NCBI GenBank assembly: GCA_963837495.1
Contig: CAWINF010000001.1
Span: 2,138,397-2,202,396, forward strand
Origin: an uncultured Acidobacteriota bacterium
GTDB lineage: Bacteria; Acidobacteriota; Thermoanaerobaculia; UBA5066; Gp7-AA6
Length of the DNA stretch: 64,000 nt
Reading direction: 5' to 3'
The notes beneath the pieces are model-generated. The model had not been told where the DNA came from and did not search any database. It was given only the letters and a program-made list of their open reading frames with translations. The translations under genes and the position numbers were made by a program. This document shows positions 27,773-38,864 of the stretch, piece by piece; position 1 is the stretch's first letter, and each line of letters begins with the position of its first letter.

Positions 27773-29224
27773 ATGAAAGGCGCCGGGCGGAAGCGGCGAT
27801 TCCGGTGGCTCGGCATCACACTCGGGCTCACCTCGGGGTTCCTGGTTGCCGGAGCGGCCGAAGGACCGGGCGGCATGGCCGATGATGCGGCTCCCGGGCC
27901 CGAGCGAAACGCAAGCCTCTGGCCCGGCACGCAGGCCGAGATCTCGCTCGCCGTCGATCGTCTCCATCCCGAGACCGCCGTGGCGGCGGCCATGAGCATC
28001 GACGACGGCCGGATGCTCATCCTCTCGACCTCCGACGCGGGGGAGACGTGGACGCGGGCGCCGCTGCCTCTGGGAGCCGGGGCGACCCTCGACGCCGACC
28101 CCTGGGTGGCGTTCGACTCCCGGGGAAGGGCCTACCTCGCCAGGATCCCTGTCATCAACGGCAACTACAACCTGGGCATCGACGTCAGCCACTCCGACGA
28201 CGCGGGCAAGACCTGGTCCGCCGTTCAGCGCATCAGCCAGGCGATCAACGACGACGACAAGCTCGCGATCGCCGCGGACGACGACCCGGACAGCCCCTAC
28301 CGCGACAACGTGTACGTGGCGTGGAAGAGGCATTCGAGCGGCCCGTACCTCTCCCGCTCGATCGACGGCGGGCAGAGCTTCTCCGCCCCGCGCGGCCTCG
28401 CGAGCGGCTCCGCGTACGTAACCGGCCAGGCCATGTCGACCGCCGCGGACGGGACGCTGTATCTGGCCTATCGCGACTACTCGCGGCCGGCAATTCGCGT
28501 GATCCGCTCGTTCGACGGGGGGGCTACGTTCTCTCCGCCCGTCGCGGTGTCCGGGGTTCGCGCCGGGTTCTTCGTCATCCCCCCTTCCTGCTGCCTCCGG
28601 AAGGCCCTTGTGCATGCCTCGGTCGGTGTGGACCGGTCCTCCGGCCCCAACCGCGGAGACGTCTATGTGGCATGGTCGGACTACTCGCCGGGGATCTCCG
28701 ACGGCTCGTGCGCGAACCCCTGCTCTCAGGCCTCGCGTTGCGTCCCCAACGTCTATGTGAGCCGGTCGTCGGACCGGGGACTCTCCTGGAGCGCGCCCCG
28801 GATCGTGCACGAGGAGGGACCCGCGGCGGTTGACCGCTATCTACCGTGGCTTGGCGTTGACGCGTCCGACGGCAGTGTGTACGTCGCCTACAAGGACTCG
28901 CGCAACTCCTCCACCCGCGCGGCGTCCGATGTCTACTTCAGCCGCTCCCTTGACGGCGCCCGATCGTGGGAGCCGTCCGTTCGGGTCTCCTCCGCGACGA
29001 GCGCGTCGGTCAATTTTTTCCAATTCGGCGACTACCAGTCGCTCGCCGCCTCCTCGGGTCTCGTCTACGTGGCCTGGGCGGACTACCGCGACGACCAGCG
29101 CCAGGGAGAGGTGTACGTCCGGGTCGTCTACGCCGACGGCCTGTACAGCGGTCCGCCGCGCATCCCGCCCGATCCCCGCGCCGGGCCGCGCCACCCCCGC
29201 GGGGTCTCCCCGCGGCCGGACTGA
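27773..29224 (+). CDS. Secreted BNR/Asp-box beta-propeller (sialidase-like) protein
   Basis: Six SxDxGxxW/F boxes; ADPWVAFD; FGDY near the C-terminus. Confidence 0.85.
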   Translation: MKGAGRKRRFRWLGITLGLTSGFLVAGAAEGPGGMADDAAPGPERNASLWPGTQAEISLAVDRLHPETAVAAAMSIDDGRMLILSTSDAGETWTRAPLPLGAGATLDADPWVAFDSRGRAYLARIPVINGNYNLGIDVSHSDDAGKTWSAVQRISQAINDDDKLAIAADDDPDSPYRDNVYVAWKRHSSGPYLSRSIDGGQSFSAPRGLASGSAYVTGQAMSTAADGTLYLAYRDYSRPAIRVIRSFDGGATFSPPVAVSGVRAGFFVIPPSCCLRKALVHASVGVDRSSGPNRGDVYVAWSDYSPGISDGSCANPCSQASRCVPNVYVSRSSDRGLSWSAPRIVHEEGPAAVDRYLPWLGVDASDGSVYVAYKDSRNSSTRAASDVYFSRSLDGARSWEPSVRVSSATSASVNFFQFGDYQSLAASSGLVYVAWADYRDDQRQGEVYVRVVYADGLYSGPPRIPPDPRAGPRHPRGVSPRPD

Positions 29225-29402
29225 GATGACGGCGCAAAGGGATTCCTGGACGAACCGCCGCGCGTTGCCTCGCCCTGCCTCTCGAGCGCGGCGAGCCTCT
29301 CCGCTGACCGAACGATCGCCGGGAGTCCGCGTCAGTTGATTTCCTTGCTGCCCGAAGGGCGTGGAGCGAAAGGGACGGCGACGAGACGTTCGCTCGCGGC
29401 CA

Positions 29403-29418
29403 GGGCATGCGCCTTGCA
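29403..29418 (+). promoter_or_regulatory. sigma54 promoter candidate
   Basis: GGGCAT-GCGCC-TTGCA (GG-N10-GC), about 70 bp before ATG 29490. Confidence 0.45.
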
Positions 29419-29489
29419 CGTTCGATCAGCTCCAGGAAAAGCCAGGGTGGAAGACTCGAAGTCGAGCCTTCTTGTCGCGAGGAGGAAGC

Positions 29490-29966
29490 ATGAATCCCAG
29501 GGTCAAACCGATTCCCGAGGGCTACGAGGCTCCGACGCCTTATCTCATCGTCCAGGGCGCCGCCGCTGCCATTGACTTCTACAAGAAGGCTTTCGGCGCG
29601 AAGGAGACCATGCGCATGCCGAACCCCGACGGAAAGATCGGGCATGCGGACCTGATGATCGGCGGCGGGCACGTCATGCTGGCCGACGAGGCGCCGGAGA
29701 TGGGGATCCGAGGCCCCGAGGCCTTCGGCGGTTCGCCGGTGAGTCTCTGCGTCTATGTCGAGGACGTCGACGGGGTCGTCGCGCGGGCGGTCGCGGCCGG
29801 CGCGAAGGTGACCCGTCCCGTCGCGGATCAGTTCTACGGCGACCGCACGGGCGGCCTGACCGATCCCTTCGGCCACGTCTGGTACTTCATGACGCACGTC
29901 GAGGACGTGTCCAACGAGGAGATGGAGAAGCGCATGGCCGCAAAGGCCGGATCCGCAAAAGCCTGA
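29490..29966 (+). CDS. VOC/glyoxalase (PhnB-like) protein
   Basis: TPYL..AIDFYKKAFGA..HADL..DQFYGDR..DPFGHVW; GAGGAGG RBS. Confidence 0.93.
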   Translation: MNPRVKPIPEGYEAPTPYLIVQGAAAAIDFYKKAFGAKETMRMPNPDGKIGHADLMIGGGHVMLADEAPEMGIRGPEAFGGSPVSLCVYVEDVDGVVARAVAAGAKVTRPVADQFYGDRTGGLTDPFGHVWYFMTHVEDVSNEEMEKRMAAKAGSAKA

Positions 29967-30041
29967 ACGATCAGTCTCTCTTTTCGCCCGGCAGCCCGCC
30001 ACGGCGCGATTCGCGAAAGGGCGTTGGGCGTCGAAGAAACC

Positions 30042-30383
30042 CTACAGCTCGCCCAGGCGCCGGAGCTTTTCCTCGACTTCCCGGAGAAGCGTCGGCGGAA
30101 GGGCGCGCAGAACACGGACGAGCCGGCGGTTGTCAATCGCCCGGCTCTGGTCGATCATCACCTCGCACTCCTGCCGGTTCCCGGCGATGCTTCGTGGGAG
30201 CGCAACACGCAGGAGGTTCTCCCCCGAAAGGCGGGTCGTGCACGGAAGGACCCAGGTGGATGAATGCCGAGCCTCGTTGAGCAGGTCCGTCTGGATCACC
30301 AGCACCGGCCGAGTCTTGCCTGGCTCACTTCCGCGACGGGGATTGAGATCGGCGAGATAAAGCCAACCGCGGCGGATCCTCAC
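30042..30383 (-). CDS. mazF: PemK/MazF toxin
   Basis: YLADLNPRRGSEPGKTRPVLVIQ..PCTT..DQSRAID; GTGA overlap with the antitoxin gene. Confidence 0.9.
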   Translation of the reverse strand: MRIRRGWLYLADLNPRRGSEPGKTRPVLVIQTDLLNEARHSSTWVLPCTTRLSGENLLRVALPRSIAGNRQECEVMIDQSRAIDNRRLVRVLRALPPTLLREVEEKLRRLGEL

Positions 30384-30634
30384 GGCTCGTCGAGGCCGTC
30401 GCCGACGAGGGAGTCGAGCTCTTTCAGCTCCCGGGCGAGAGACTTGCGAGTGGCGAGGGACGCGCGCCGGTAGGCTTCGCGCAGCGCCTCCCGGTCGGTC
30501 GTCTCCTCGAGCAAACGAAGGCCGCGCCGGACGACCTCGACCTTGCTCTTGGCCTTGAGCTTCGCCTGGAGCGCGACGACGAGCTTCAGCTCGTTTGCCG
30601 GCAATGTGATGCTGGATTTGGTATTCGCTTTCAT
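30380..30634 (-). CDS. RHH-type antitoxin paired with MazF
   Basis: 84 aa; SITLP..SKVEVVRRGL..LREAYRRA; acidic tail. Confidence 0.8.
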   Translation of the reverse strand: MKANTKSSITLPANELKLVVALQAKLKAKSKVEVVRRGLRLLEETTDREALREAYRRASLATRKSLARELKELDSLVGDGLDEP

Positions 30635-30669
30635 ACCACAAGGATACCTCGAGAAGCGGCAGCAAACAA
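30619..30669 (-). promoter_or_regulatory. Promoter and operator of the mazEF-like pair, probably leaderless
   Basis: TTGTTT-N17-TATCCT, then 6 nt to ATG; inverted repeat TGGTAT-N8-ATACCA over the start codon. Confidence 0.55.
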
Positions 30670-30696
30670 GGCCGGCCGGCCCGCGCGCGGGCGCTG

Positions 30697-31488
30697 TCAG
30701 ATTGTCTGGCAGCGGGGACAGGCGAACATCCGCCGGGCCGAGAGGAGCAGCTCGCGCAGGGCGCCGCCGCAACGCCGGCATCTCTCCTGCCTGTAGACAT
30801 AGAAGTCCTCGTCCGGGTCTCGAGGCGCGCGGGGATGGGGCTTCTCCAGCGGATCGACCGTGCGTGTCCGTCCCGTGGCGGCGCCCCGGCGCATCAGGAG
30901 CTGGAGTGTCCGCCAGAGTTCCTCGAATTCAGGCTCGGTCAGACGGCGCGTGGAACGAAGGGGATGGATCCCGGTCAGGAAGAGGGCCTCGTTGCGGTAG
31001 ATGTTGCCGACTCCGGAGAGAACGCGCTGGTCGAGAAGCGCGTCGCCGATCGGACGGCGCCGGCGGTTCAGGTTCGACCAGGCGACCGCGGGGTCGGCGT
31101 CCGGCCGCAGGGGATCGGGACCGAGGCGGGAGAGGACTTCCCGCCGTTGCGTCTCCGAGATGAGCTCGCAGGTGGCCGGGCCGATCGCGTCGATCGTCAC
31201 GCCGCGCGCGGCCAGGCGCATCCGCACGGTGGGCCGCGGCTCCGGCGCCTCGCCCCGGTAGCGGTAGAACCATCCGGCCATGCCGAGGTGGAAATGCACG
31301 ATGAGCCCGCCGGGCCAGTGGTGGAAGAGATGCTTTCCGTATGCCTCGGCTCGCCGGAAACGGCGGCGGTCGAGGAGCTTCGCCTCCCTGGCGAAACGTC
31401 CCTGCGGAGAGCTGACGCGAACGACCCGATCGGCCAGGTCTCTGGTGTGACGGCGCGCGAGCCAGTGGATCGTGTTTCCTTCAGGCAT
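30697..31488 (-). CDS. Fpg/Nei family DNA glycosylase
   Basis: N-terminal MPEG, GKHL, HLGM, H2TH (LLDQ..GVGNIYRNE) and a C4 zinc finger. Confidence 0.93.
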   Translation of the reverse strand: MPEGNTIHWLARRHTRDLADRVVRVSSPQGRFAREAKLLDRRRFRRAEAYGKHLFHHWPGGLIVHFHLGMAGWFYRYRGEAPEPRPTVRMRLAARGVTIDAIGPATCELISETQRREVLSRLGPDPLRPDADPAVAWSNLNRRRRPIGDALLDQRVLSGVGNIYRNEALFLTGIHPLRSTRRLTEPEFEELWRTLQLLMRRGAATGRTRTVDPLEKPHPRAPRDPDEDFYVYRQERCRRCGGALRELLLSARRMFACPRCQTI

Positions 31489-31604
31489 CCTTCGGCGAGT
31501 CTAAGCTCGCTTGGGCTTCTCTGGCAGGCCCCGGTTACCAGCGGGGGCAAGGCGAAGAAGCTAGAATCTCACCTCCAGTCGGGGAGAGAACAAGGAGAAG
31601 AACG

Positions 31605-32480
31605 ATGGATAGACGGTTTGCGGCTCTTTCGGTCATCCTCTTCGCCGTGGTGTCGGCGCCGGCGGCGTTGGGGCAGCTCCAAGCTCCGCTTCCCAGCCCG
31701 AACGCGACGGTCGCGCAGACGGTCGGGGTCACGAAGATCGAGGTCGTTTACAGCCGGCCCCACGTGAAGGGTCCGACGCGCAAGGAGGAGCGGGTGATCT
31801 GGGGCAAGCTCGTTCCCTACGATCAGGTCTGGCGCACCGGCGCGAACGCGGTCACCAAGTTCACGGTGGATACCGACGTGACGGTCGAGGGACAGAAGCT
31901 CGCCGCGGGTTCTTATGGTCTCTTCACGATTCCGGGCAAGACCGAATGGACGGTCATTTTCAACAAGCAGGCCACCGGCAACCCCGACTACAAGGCCGAC
32001 GCGGACGTCCTGCGCGTGAAGGTAAAGCCCGAGGCAGCGGAGATGCGCGAGCTCTTCACGATCGGCTTCCCCCAGCTGACGTCGAACTCCGCCGTGATGA
32101 CGCTCGACTGGGAGAAGCTGTCCGTTCCCATCCATCTCGCCGTGGACACGAACGCCCTCTTCCTCGCCAGGGCGAAGGAAGCCGTCGCCCGGTCGAAGCC
32201 CGACGACTGGCGCACGCCGCTGACGGCCGCCCGCTACCTCTATGACAACAAGTACGCCCCGGCCGACGCGGCGGCGTTTCTCGACAAGTCGCTTTCCATC
32301 AAGGAGACTTTCGCGAACCTCTCTACGAGGGCGGGCGTGCTGGCGGGGGAGGGAAAGAAGACGGAAGCGGTGGCGGCCGCCCAGAAGGCGCTGGCGATGA
32401 AGGATTCCGACCCGAAGCCTTCGTCCGAGGCCGTAGCGGACCTGGAGAGGAAGCTCGCCGGGTGGAAAGCGGCCAGATAG
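31605..32480 (+). CDS. DUF2911 domain secreted protein with TPR tail
   Basis: PSP..QTVG..YSRP..IWGKLVPY..WRTGAN motif. Confidence 0.9.
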   Translation: MDRRFAALSVILFAVVSAPAALGQLQAPLPSPNATVAQTVGVTKIEVVYSRPHVKGPTRKEERVIWGKLVPYDQVWRTGANAVTKFTVDTDVTVEGQKLAAGSYGLFTIPGKTEWTVIFNKQATGNPDYKADADVLRVKVKPEAAEMRELFTIGFPQLTSNSAVMTLDWEKLSVPIHLAVDTNALFLARAKEAVARSKPDDWRTPLTAARYLYDNKYAPADAAAFLDKSLSIKETFANLSTRAGVLAGEGKKTEAVAAAQKALAMKDSDPKPSSEAVADLERKLAGWKAAR

Positions 32481-32523
32481 CTCCCTCCCTCAAGCCCGGG
32501 CCCAAGACGGTGAAGGGAAATCC

Positions 32524-32967
32524 ATGATCATCGGCGCGCACTCGATCATCAACAGCACGAACCCGGAAGCCGACCGCGCCTTCCTGCGGGACGTGCTCGG
32601 CCTGCCGGGCGTGGACGTGGGGGGCGGCTGGCTGATCTTCGGTTTGCCGCCGGCGGAGGTCGCCGTTCATCCGTCCGACGAGAACGACGTGCACGAGTTT
32701 TTTCTGATGTGCGACGACGTCGAGGCTTTCGTCACCGAGATGAAGAAGCGCGGAGTCGCGTGCGACGGGGTGCAAAGCCCGGGCTGGGGCCTGCTCACCC
32801 GGGTGACGCTTCCCGGCGGCGGAAAGCTCGGCGTTTACGAGCCGCGGCACGCACGGCCGAGGGCGACGGGCGCGGGCAAAAGGTCGAAAAAGTCCGCGAG
32901 GCCGGCGACCAGAAGACCCGCCAGGAGGACTCGAACAAGAACGTCGAAAAAGGCTGTCAGACGTTAA
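32524..32967 (+). CDS. VOC-family (extradiol dioxygenase-like) protein
   Basis: GAHSII..RAFLRDVLG..GGGWLIF..PPAEVAVHP; basic tail. Confidence 0.85.
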   Translation: MIIGAHSIINSTNPEADRAFLRDVLGLPGVDVGGGWLIFGLPPAEVAVHPSDENDVHEFFLMCDDVEAFVTEMKKRGVACDGVQSPGWGLLTRVTLPGGGKLGVYEPRHARPRATGAGKRSKKSARPATRRPARRTRTRTSKKAVRR

Positions 32968-33088
32968 CCCGACGAGCCTCGCTTCTCGACCGAAAGCACT
33001 GATTCTTCAGTCCGCATCGCCGGCCCGTCCCAAAATGATCCAAGTACATCCTAGAGAAACGAAGACTTCGGTCTAGGGTATTTGCATT

Positions 33089-34474
33089 ATGAGCTGGCAA
33101 GAACAATATCGCTGGAAAGTTGCGACGGCGGGGGAGGCGGTCCGGACGATTCCGCCCCGCACCCGCATCCTGATCGGCTCGGGCGCGTCCGAACCGTCGC
33201 GCCTGGTCGAGGCCATGGTGCGCGATGGAACGCACCTCTGCGGAAACGAGATCGTTCATCTCCTGACTCTCGGTCCCGCTCCCTATGTCGCGCCGGGCCT
33301 GGAGAAGCGGTTCCGCCACACGGCGTTCTTCATTGGGGCCAACGTCCGCTCGGCGGTCCAGGAGGGACGCGCGGACTTCATGCCCGTTTTCCTGTCGGAG
33401 ATTCCGTCCCTGATCTTGAGCGGCCGCGTGAAGGTGGACGTGGCGATCATCCAGGTCAGCCCGCCGGACCGCCACGGCTTCTGCAGCCTCGGGGTCTCCG
33501 TGGACATCGTCCGGGCGGCCGTGGACACGGCCAGTCTCGTCCTGGCCGAGGTCAACTCCTGCATGCCGCGCACGCTCGGGGACTCCTTCATCCACGTGGA
33601 CCGGCTCGCGCGCATGGTTCCGGTGGACGATCCGCTCTTCGAGCTGGCGCCCGAGCCGCTCGATGAGGTCTGCCGGCGGATCGGAATCCATGCGTCGAGC
33701 CTCATCCAGGACGGCGCCTGCCTGCAGATGGGGATCGGCCGCATCCCGGATGCCGTGCTGTCGTGTCTTGGCGACCGCAACGACCTGGGAATTCACACCG
33801 AGATGTTCTCGGACGGCGCCATGCTCCTGGCCCAGGCCGGCGTGATCACGGGCCGCCGGAAGACGCTCCTGCCGGGCAAGATCGTCACGTCCTTCGTCAT
33901 GGGCACGAAGGCTCTCTACGATTGGGTCGACGACAATCCGGCCGTGGAGATGCGCCCGTCGAGCTTTACCAACGATCCCTTCCAGATCGCCCGCAACGAG
34001 AACATGGTCGCCATCAACTCGGCGCTTGCCGTGGACCTGACGGGTCAGGTGGCGGCGGACACGATCGGCGGGAGGTTTTTCTCCGGCATCGGCGGGCAGG
34101 TGGACTTCATCCGTGGCGCGGCGCGGAGCAAGGGAGGCCGTCCCATCATCGCGCTCCCCTCGACCGCGAAGAACGGCACGATCAGCCGCATCCAGCCGAG
34201 CCTGGAGGCGGGAGCCGGCGTCGTCACGAGCCGGGGAGACATCCATTACGTCGTGACCGAGCACGGCATCGCCGACCTGTGGGGAAGAAACATCCGGCAG
34301 CGGGCAAGCGCCCTGATCGAGATCGCGCATCCGGACTTCCGGTCCGAGTTGATCAGCGCGGCCAAGCGCCGCCGCTACATCTTCGACGCCGGCACCGACT
34401 CCGAGGTCCCGCAACAGGAGCCGGCCACTCCTCCGTCCGTTCTTTCGGAGAGCGTCGCGATCCGGCCGAACTGA
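33089..34474 (+). CDS. Acetyl-CoA hydrolase / 4-hydroxybutyrate CoA-transferase family
   Basis: LQMGIG.IPDA, GIHTEM, GIGGQVDF and VVTEHG motifs. Confidence 0.93.
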   Translation: MSWQEQYRWKVATAGEAVRTIPPRTRILIGSGASEPSRLVEAMVRDGTHLCGNEIVHLLTLGPAPYVAPGLEKRFRHTAFFIGANVRSAVQEGRADFMPVFLSEIPSLILSGRVKVDVAIIQVSPPDRHGFCSLGVSVDIVRAAVDTASLVLAEVNSCMPRTLGDSFIHVDRLARMVPVDDPLFELAPEPLDEVCRRIGIHASSLIQDGACLQMGIGRIPDAVLSCLGDRNDLGIHTEMFSDGAMLLAQAGVITGRRKTLLPGKIVTSFVMGTKALYDWVDDNPAVEMRPSSFTNDPFQIARNENMVAINSALAVDLTGQVAADTIGGRFFSGIGGQVDFIRGAARSKGGRPIIALPSTAKNGTISRIQPSLEAGAGVVTSRGDIHYVVTEHGIADLWGRNIRQRASALIEIAHPDFRSELISAAKRRRYIFDAGTDSEVPQQEPATPPSVLSESVAIRPN

Positions 34475-34532
34475 AGGCGAAACCGCTTCCGGCCGGGAGC
34501 CACCGGAAGCCTGGAACCGGAAACCTGCTTTT

Positions 34533-34798
34533 TCAGGCGGCCCGGGGCGGGAAGTTCGTCTCGATCAGAGCGTCCACTCTTTCGAGGGCCCCGGCGCAGG
34601 CGTCGCACTGGCTTTGCCCGCAACCGCAGGGGACGCCGTCGGCCTGCGCATCGGTGCAGCAAGGTTCTTGCCCGAGCCGCACGAGATCTTTCATGGCGGC
34701 GAGGATGCGGCTCTTCAGCGGCGAGTCGGGAATGTCGCGCAAGCCATGGATCAGCTCGACCTCTGGAACCGTGAGCGGGATCGTAAGCCGCTTCTCTG

Positions 34799-34802
<4 letters not shown>
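34533..34802 (-). CDS. Small Cys-rich protein, last gene of the oxidoreductase operon
   Basis: ATGA overlap; CC..ADGVPCGC...CDAC cluster. Confidence 0.72.
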
Positions 34803-36237
<1,435 letters not shown>

Positions 36238-36241
<4 letters not shown>

Positions 36242-37626
36242 GCGGCCACCTCTCGCTCGTTCCTGACGTGCGCGACGATCTCGCTCTGCTGCGGCAGCAT
36301 CCCGCCGAACCGCCGGACCGACTCGATCGGAGGGTGGCCGGAGAGACCGGCGTGAGAGAGGGCGAGCCGCAGCTCGTCCTCGAGCTGCCCGTTGGAGGCC
36401 TCGACGACGACGATCCGCCGCGCGTTTCCCAGAAGCGGCTCCAGCTTCTCGATCGGGAAGGGCCAGAGAGTGATGGGCCGGAAGAGCCCCGCCTTCACGC
36501 CCTGCCGGCGCAGCGCCCCGACGGCTCCCTTGGCCATTCGGGCCGGCGTGTTGCAGGCCACGATCAGGACTTCGGCGTCCTCGAACTCGAAGAGGTCGGC
36601 GCGCTGCTCGGCGCGCATTCGCCCGTACTTGTCGTTGAGGTGCCGGTTGTGCGCCTCCAGCTCCGTCTCGGAAAGGTAGATCGAGTTGATCAGATTGGAG
36701 CGGTGGGCCGCGTCGCCGAAGACCGCCCACTCCGGAATGCCGGGCTCGACCATTTCCCGAGGCAGAACGACCTTCCCCGTCATCTGGCCCAGATACCCGT
36801 CGCTCAACAGGACGACGGGGTTGCGGTATTTGAAAGCGAGATCGAAGGCCAGGCGAGTCAGGTCGAGCATCTCCTGCGGCGTCGAAGGAGCCAGAACGAT
36901 GCCGTGGGTGTTGCCGTGGCCGAGGCCGCGGCAGGCGAGCTTGATGTCAGCCTGCTCGGGAGCGATGTTGCCCAGGCCGGGGCCGCCCCGCATCACGTTG
37001 ACGAAAACGGCCGGGACTTCGGAACCGACCATGTAGGAGATGCCTTCGAGCATCAGGCTGAACCCGGGGGAGGAAGTGAACGTCATGCACCGCAGGCCGG
37101 CGCCGCCGCAGCCGTACATCATGTTGACGGTCGCCACCTCGCTGACCGCCTGGAGGAAGACGCCGCCCAGATCCGGCAGGAGCTTCGCCATCAGCTCGGC
37201 CCCTTCCGTCGAGGGCGTGATCGGGTAACCGAAGACGTGCCGGCAGCCCGCGAGCAGCGCCCCGATGGCCGAGGCGTAGTTGCCCTTCACGACGAGCGGC
37301 TCGAGCGCCGGCAGCGCGACGGCCCGGTCGGGAATCGCGACGGGCGCGCGCGCTATGGAGCGGCGCGGGCCGAAGAGCTTCTCGGGATCCGCGAGGTCGA
37401 ATTCCGCGGACTCCTCGCGCAGGCCGTAAGGCTCGGGGCAGGCGTCGATGCAGAGGCCGCAGGCGGTGCAGTCTTCCAGGTGAAGCACCACGGGCACGAG
37501 GCCCGTCTCCGGATCGATGCCGTGCGCGAGCTCGATGCAGCGCTTCGCGCAGGACTCGATACACCGACCACAACCCTTGCAGTACCGGGGCAGGAGGAAG
37601 GGCTTTCGCCTTTCTCGCACAGCCAT
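36238..37626 (-). CDS. 2-oxoacid:ferredoxin oxidoreductase delta(2x4Fe-4S)-alpha fusion (VorB-like)
   Basis: CKGCGRC..C and CTACGLC..CP; GYPITPS; TSSPGFSLM; RGGPGLG. Confidence 0.92.
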
Positions 37627-37705
37627 ATTCAGACTCCTATCGCGAGCGAGTCAGGGGATCCGCCCCTGCCCAGTCAAATTAGTGCCGTCGCCGTTTCCCC
37701 CTATG

Positions 37706-37727
37706 CTCAAAACGAATCATTTTTGAG
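37706..37727. promoter_or_regulatory. AT-rich palindrome upstream of the oxidoreductase operon
   Basis: CTCAAAA-CGAATCAT-TTTTGAG, about 80 bp upstream of the start codon. Confidence 0.5.
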
Positions 37728-37783
37728 GCCGTGCCCTGCGCTTCCTGCGCCGCAATCGCGTTTAGATGCCGGATGAGGAGAGG

Positions 37784-37834
37784 AGATCCCTCGCGGAGAC
37801 CCGTCCTGAGCGAAGGGAAGAACTCAGGATGACA
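37784..37834. repeat. REP-like element (..CTCAGGATGACA family), composite variant
   Basis: AGATCCCTCG...GTCCTGAGCGAAG...CTCAGGATGACA. Confidence 0.65.
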
Positions 37835-37929
37835 AAGGGGCGGGCTGCCGTGAAACACCCCCAGCGACACCTTCAATAGAACGCCGGTGCGCCCCACGGG
37901 CGCAGATCCCGCGCAAACGCGGAGCGACG

Positions 37930-38394
37930 TTACCGGTGGAGGGTGACGACTCCTCCGTACATGATGATCCGGTCACCGGTGACGAGGGGCTTCGTCATAT
38001 CGCCGATCGACAGAGACATTTCGTTTCCATTGATGGTGCCCGACGCTCCGCCTCCCACGCAGCCCGCCTTGCCGACGGTTCCGAGCACCATGTTGCCGTT
38101 GACCGTGCCTTTGAAGTAGCCCGATACGCCGCAGGATGACCCGGTGGAAACCGGGCCTGTGACAGTGGCCCCGTCCTGGTGGAAGGTCGCCGTGGTAGTG
38201 GAGGCGCCGCAGCCGTTAAAGTCATCGGAAATATAACTCCCGCTCCAGACGCCGCTGATATTGGTGACAGCCGTCGCGGAGCCGCCGGACGGGCCCGTGA
38301 CGGTACCGGAACCCCGGCAGCCGATGGGCACGAGGGCGATCGCGATGAGGAGGGGGAAAGAAACGAGGCTCAGGTGGTGTGCTTTTGAGCGCAT
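37930..38394 (-). CDS. Hypothetical lipoprotein
   Basis: Lipobox PIGC; ISGVWSG beta-rich domain; GGAG RBS. Confidence 0.75.
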   Translation of the reverse strand: MRSKAHHLSLVSFPLLIAIALVPIGCRGSGTVTGPSGGSATAVTNISGVWSGSYISDDFNGCGASTTTATFHQDGATVTGPVSTGSSCGVSGYFKGTVNGNMVLGTVGKAGCVGGGASGTINGNEMSLSIGDMTKPLVTGDRIIMYGGVVTLHR

Positions 38395-38496
38395 GGCAGG
38401 CTCCCTTGTTGCGCACAAAAATGCCACTCCGCGAGCCTCGAGTCAAGCGCCCGTGCGACGCAGGCGCAGGTTCCGAAGCGAGCGAAGCCGACGTGC

Positions 38497-38703
38497 TCAG
38501 CGCTCCAGCTTGAACCCGATCAGGATCGTCACCTGGAATTCCGCGACCTCGCCGTCCCGGAGGCGTCCCCGCATTTCCACCACTTCGAACCAATCCATGT
38601 GCCGGACAGACTGCGAGGCGTCCTTGATCGCCGATTTCACGGCCTCGGCGAAACTGACGGACGACGTTCCGACGACCTGGATCTTCTTGTAGGTTCCCGG
38701 CAT
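38497..38703 (-). CDS. Dodecin (flavin storage protein)
   Basis: YKKIQVVGTS..WFEV..RG..FQV..IGF; 68 aa. Confidence 0.95.
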   Translation of the reverse strand: MPGTYKKIQVVGTSSVSFAEAVKSAIKDASQSVRHMDWFEVVEMRGRLRDGEVAEFQVTILIGFKLER

Positions 38704-38777
38704 CGTTGTTCCTCCTCGGATTGCGGGAGCCTATCAGGCGGCGGAGCGGAATCCGGGTTACCGCTCTTCGATTTCAC

Positions 38778-38793
38778 TGGCACCGATTTCGCA
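38778..38793 (+). promoter_or_regulatory. sigma54 promoter candidate
   Basis: TGGCAC-CGATT-TCGCA (GG-N10-GC) upstream of ATG 38865. Confidence 0.6.
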
Positions 38794-38864
38794 CGCTTCG
38801 ACTTCCCGCGATCTGTCCGCCCTTGAACGAGGCTCGGCCCGGTCGCGCCACGTGTTAGGAGGGC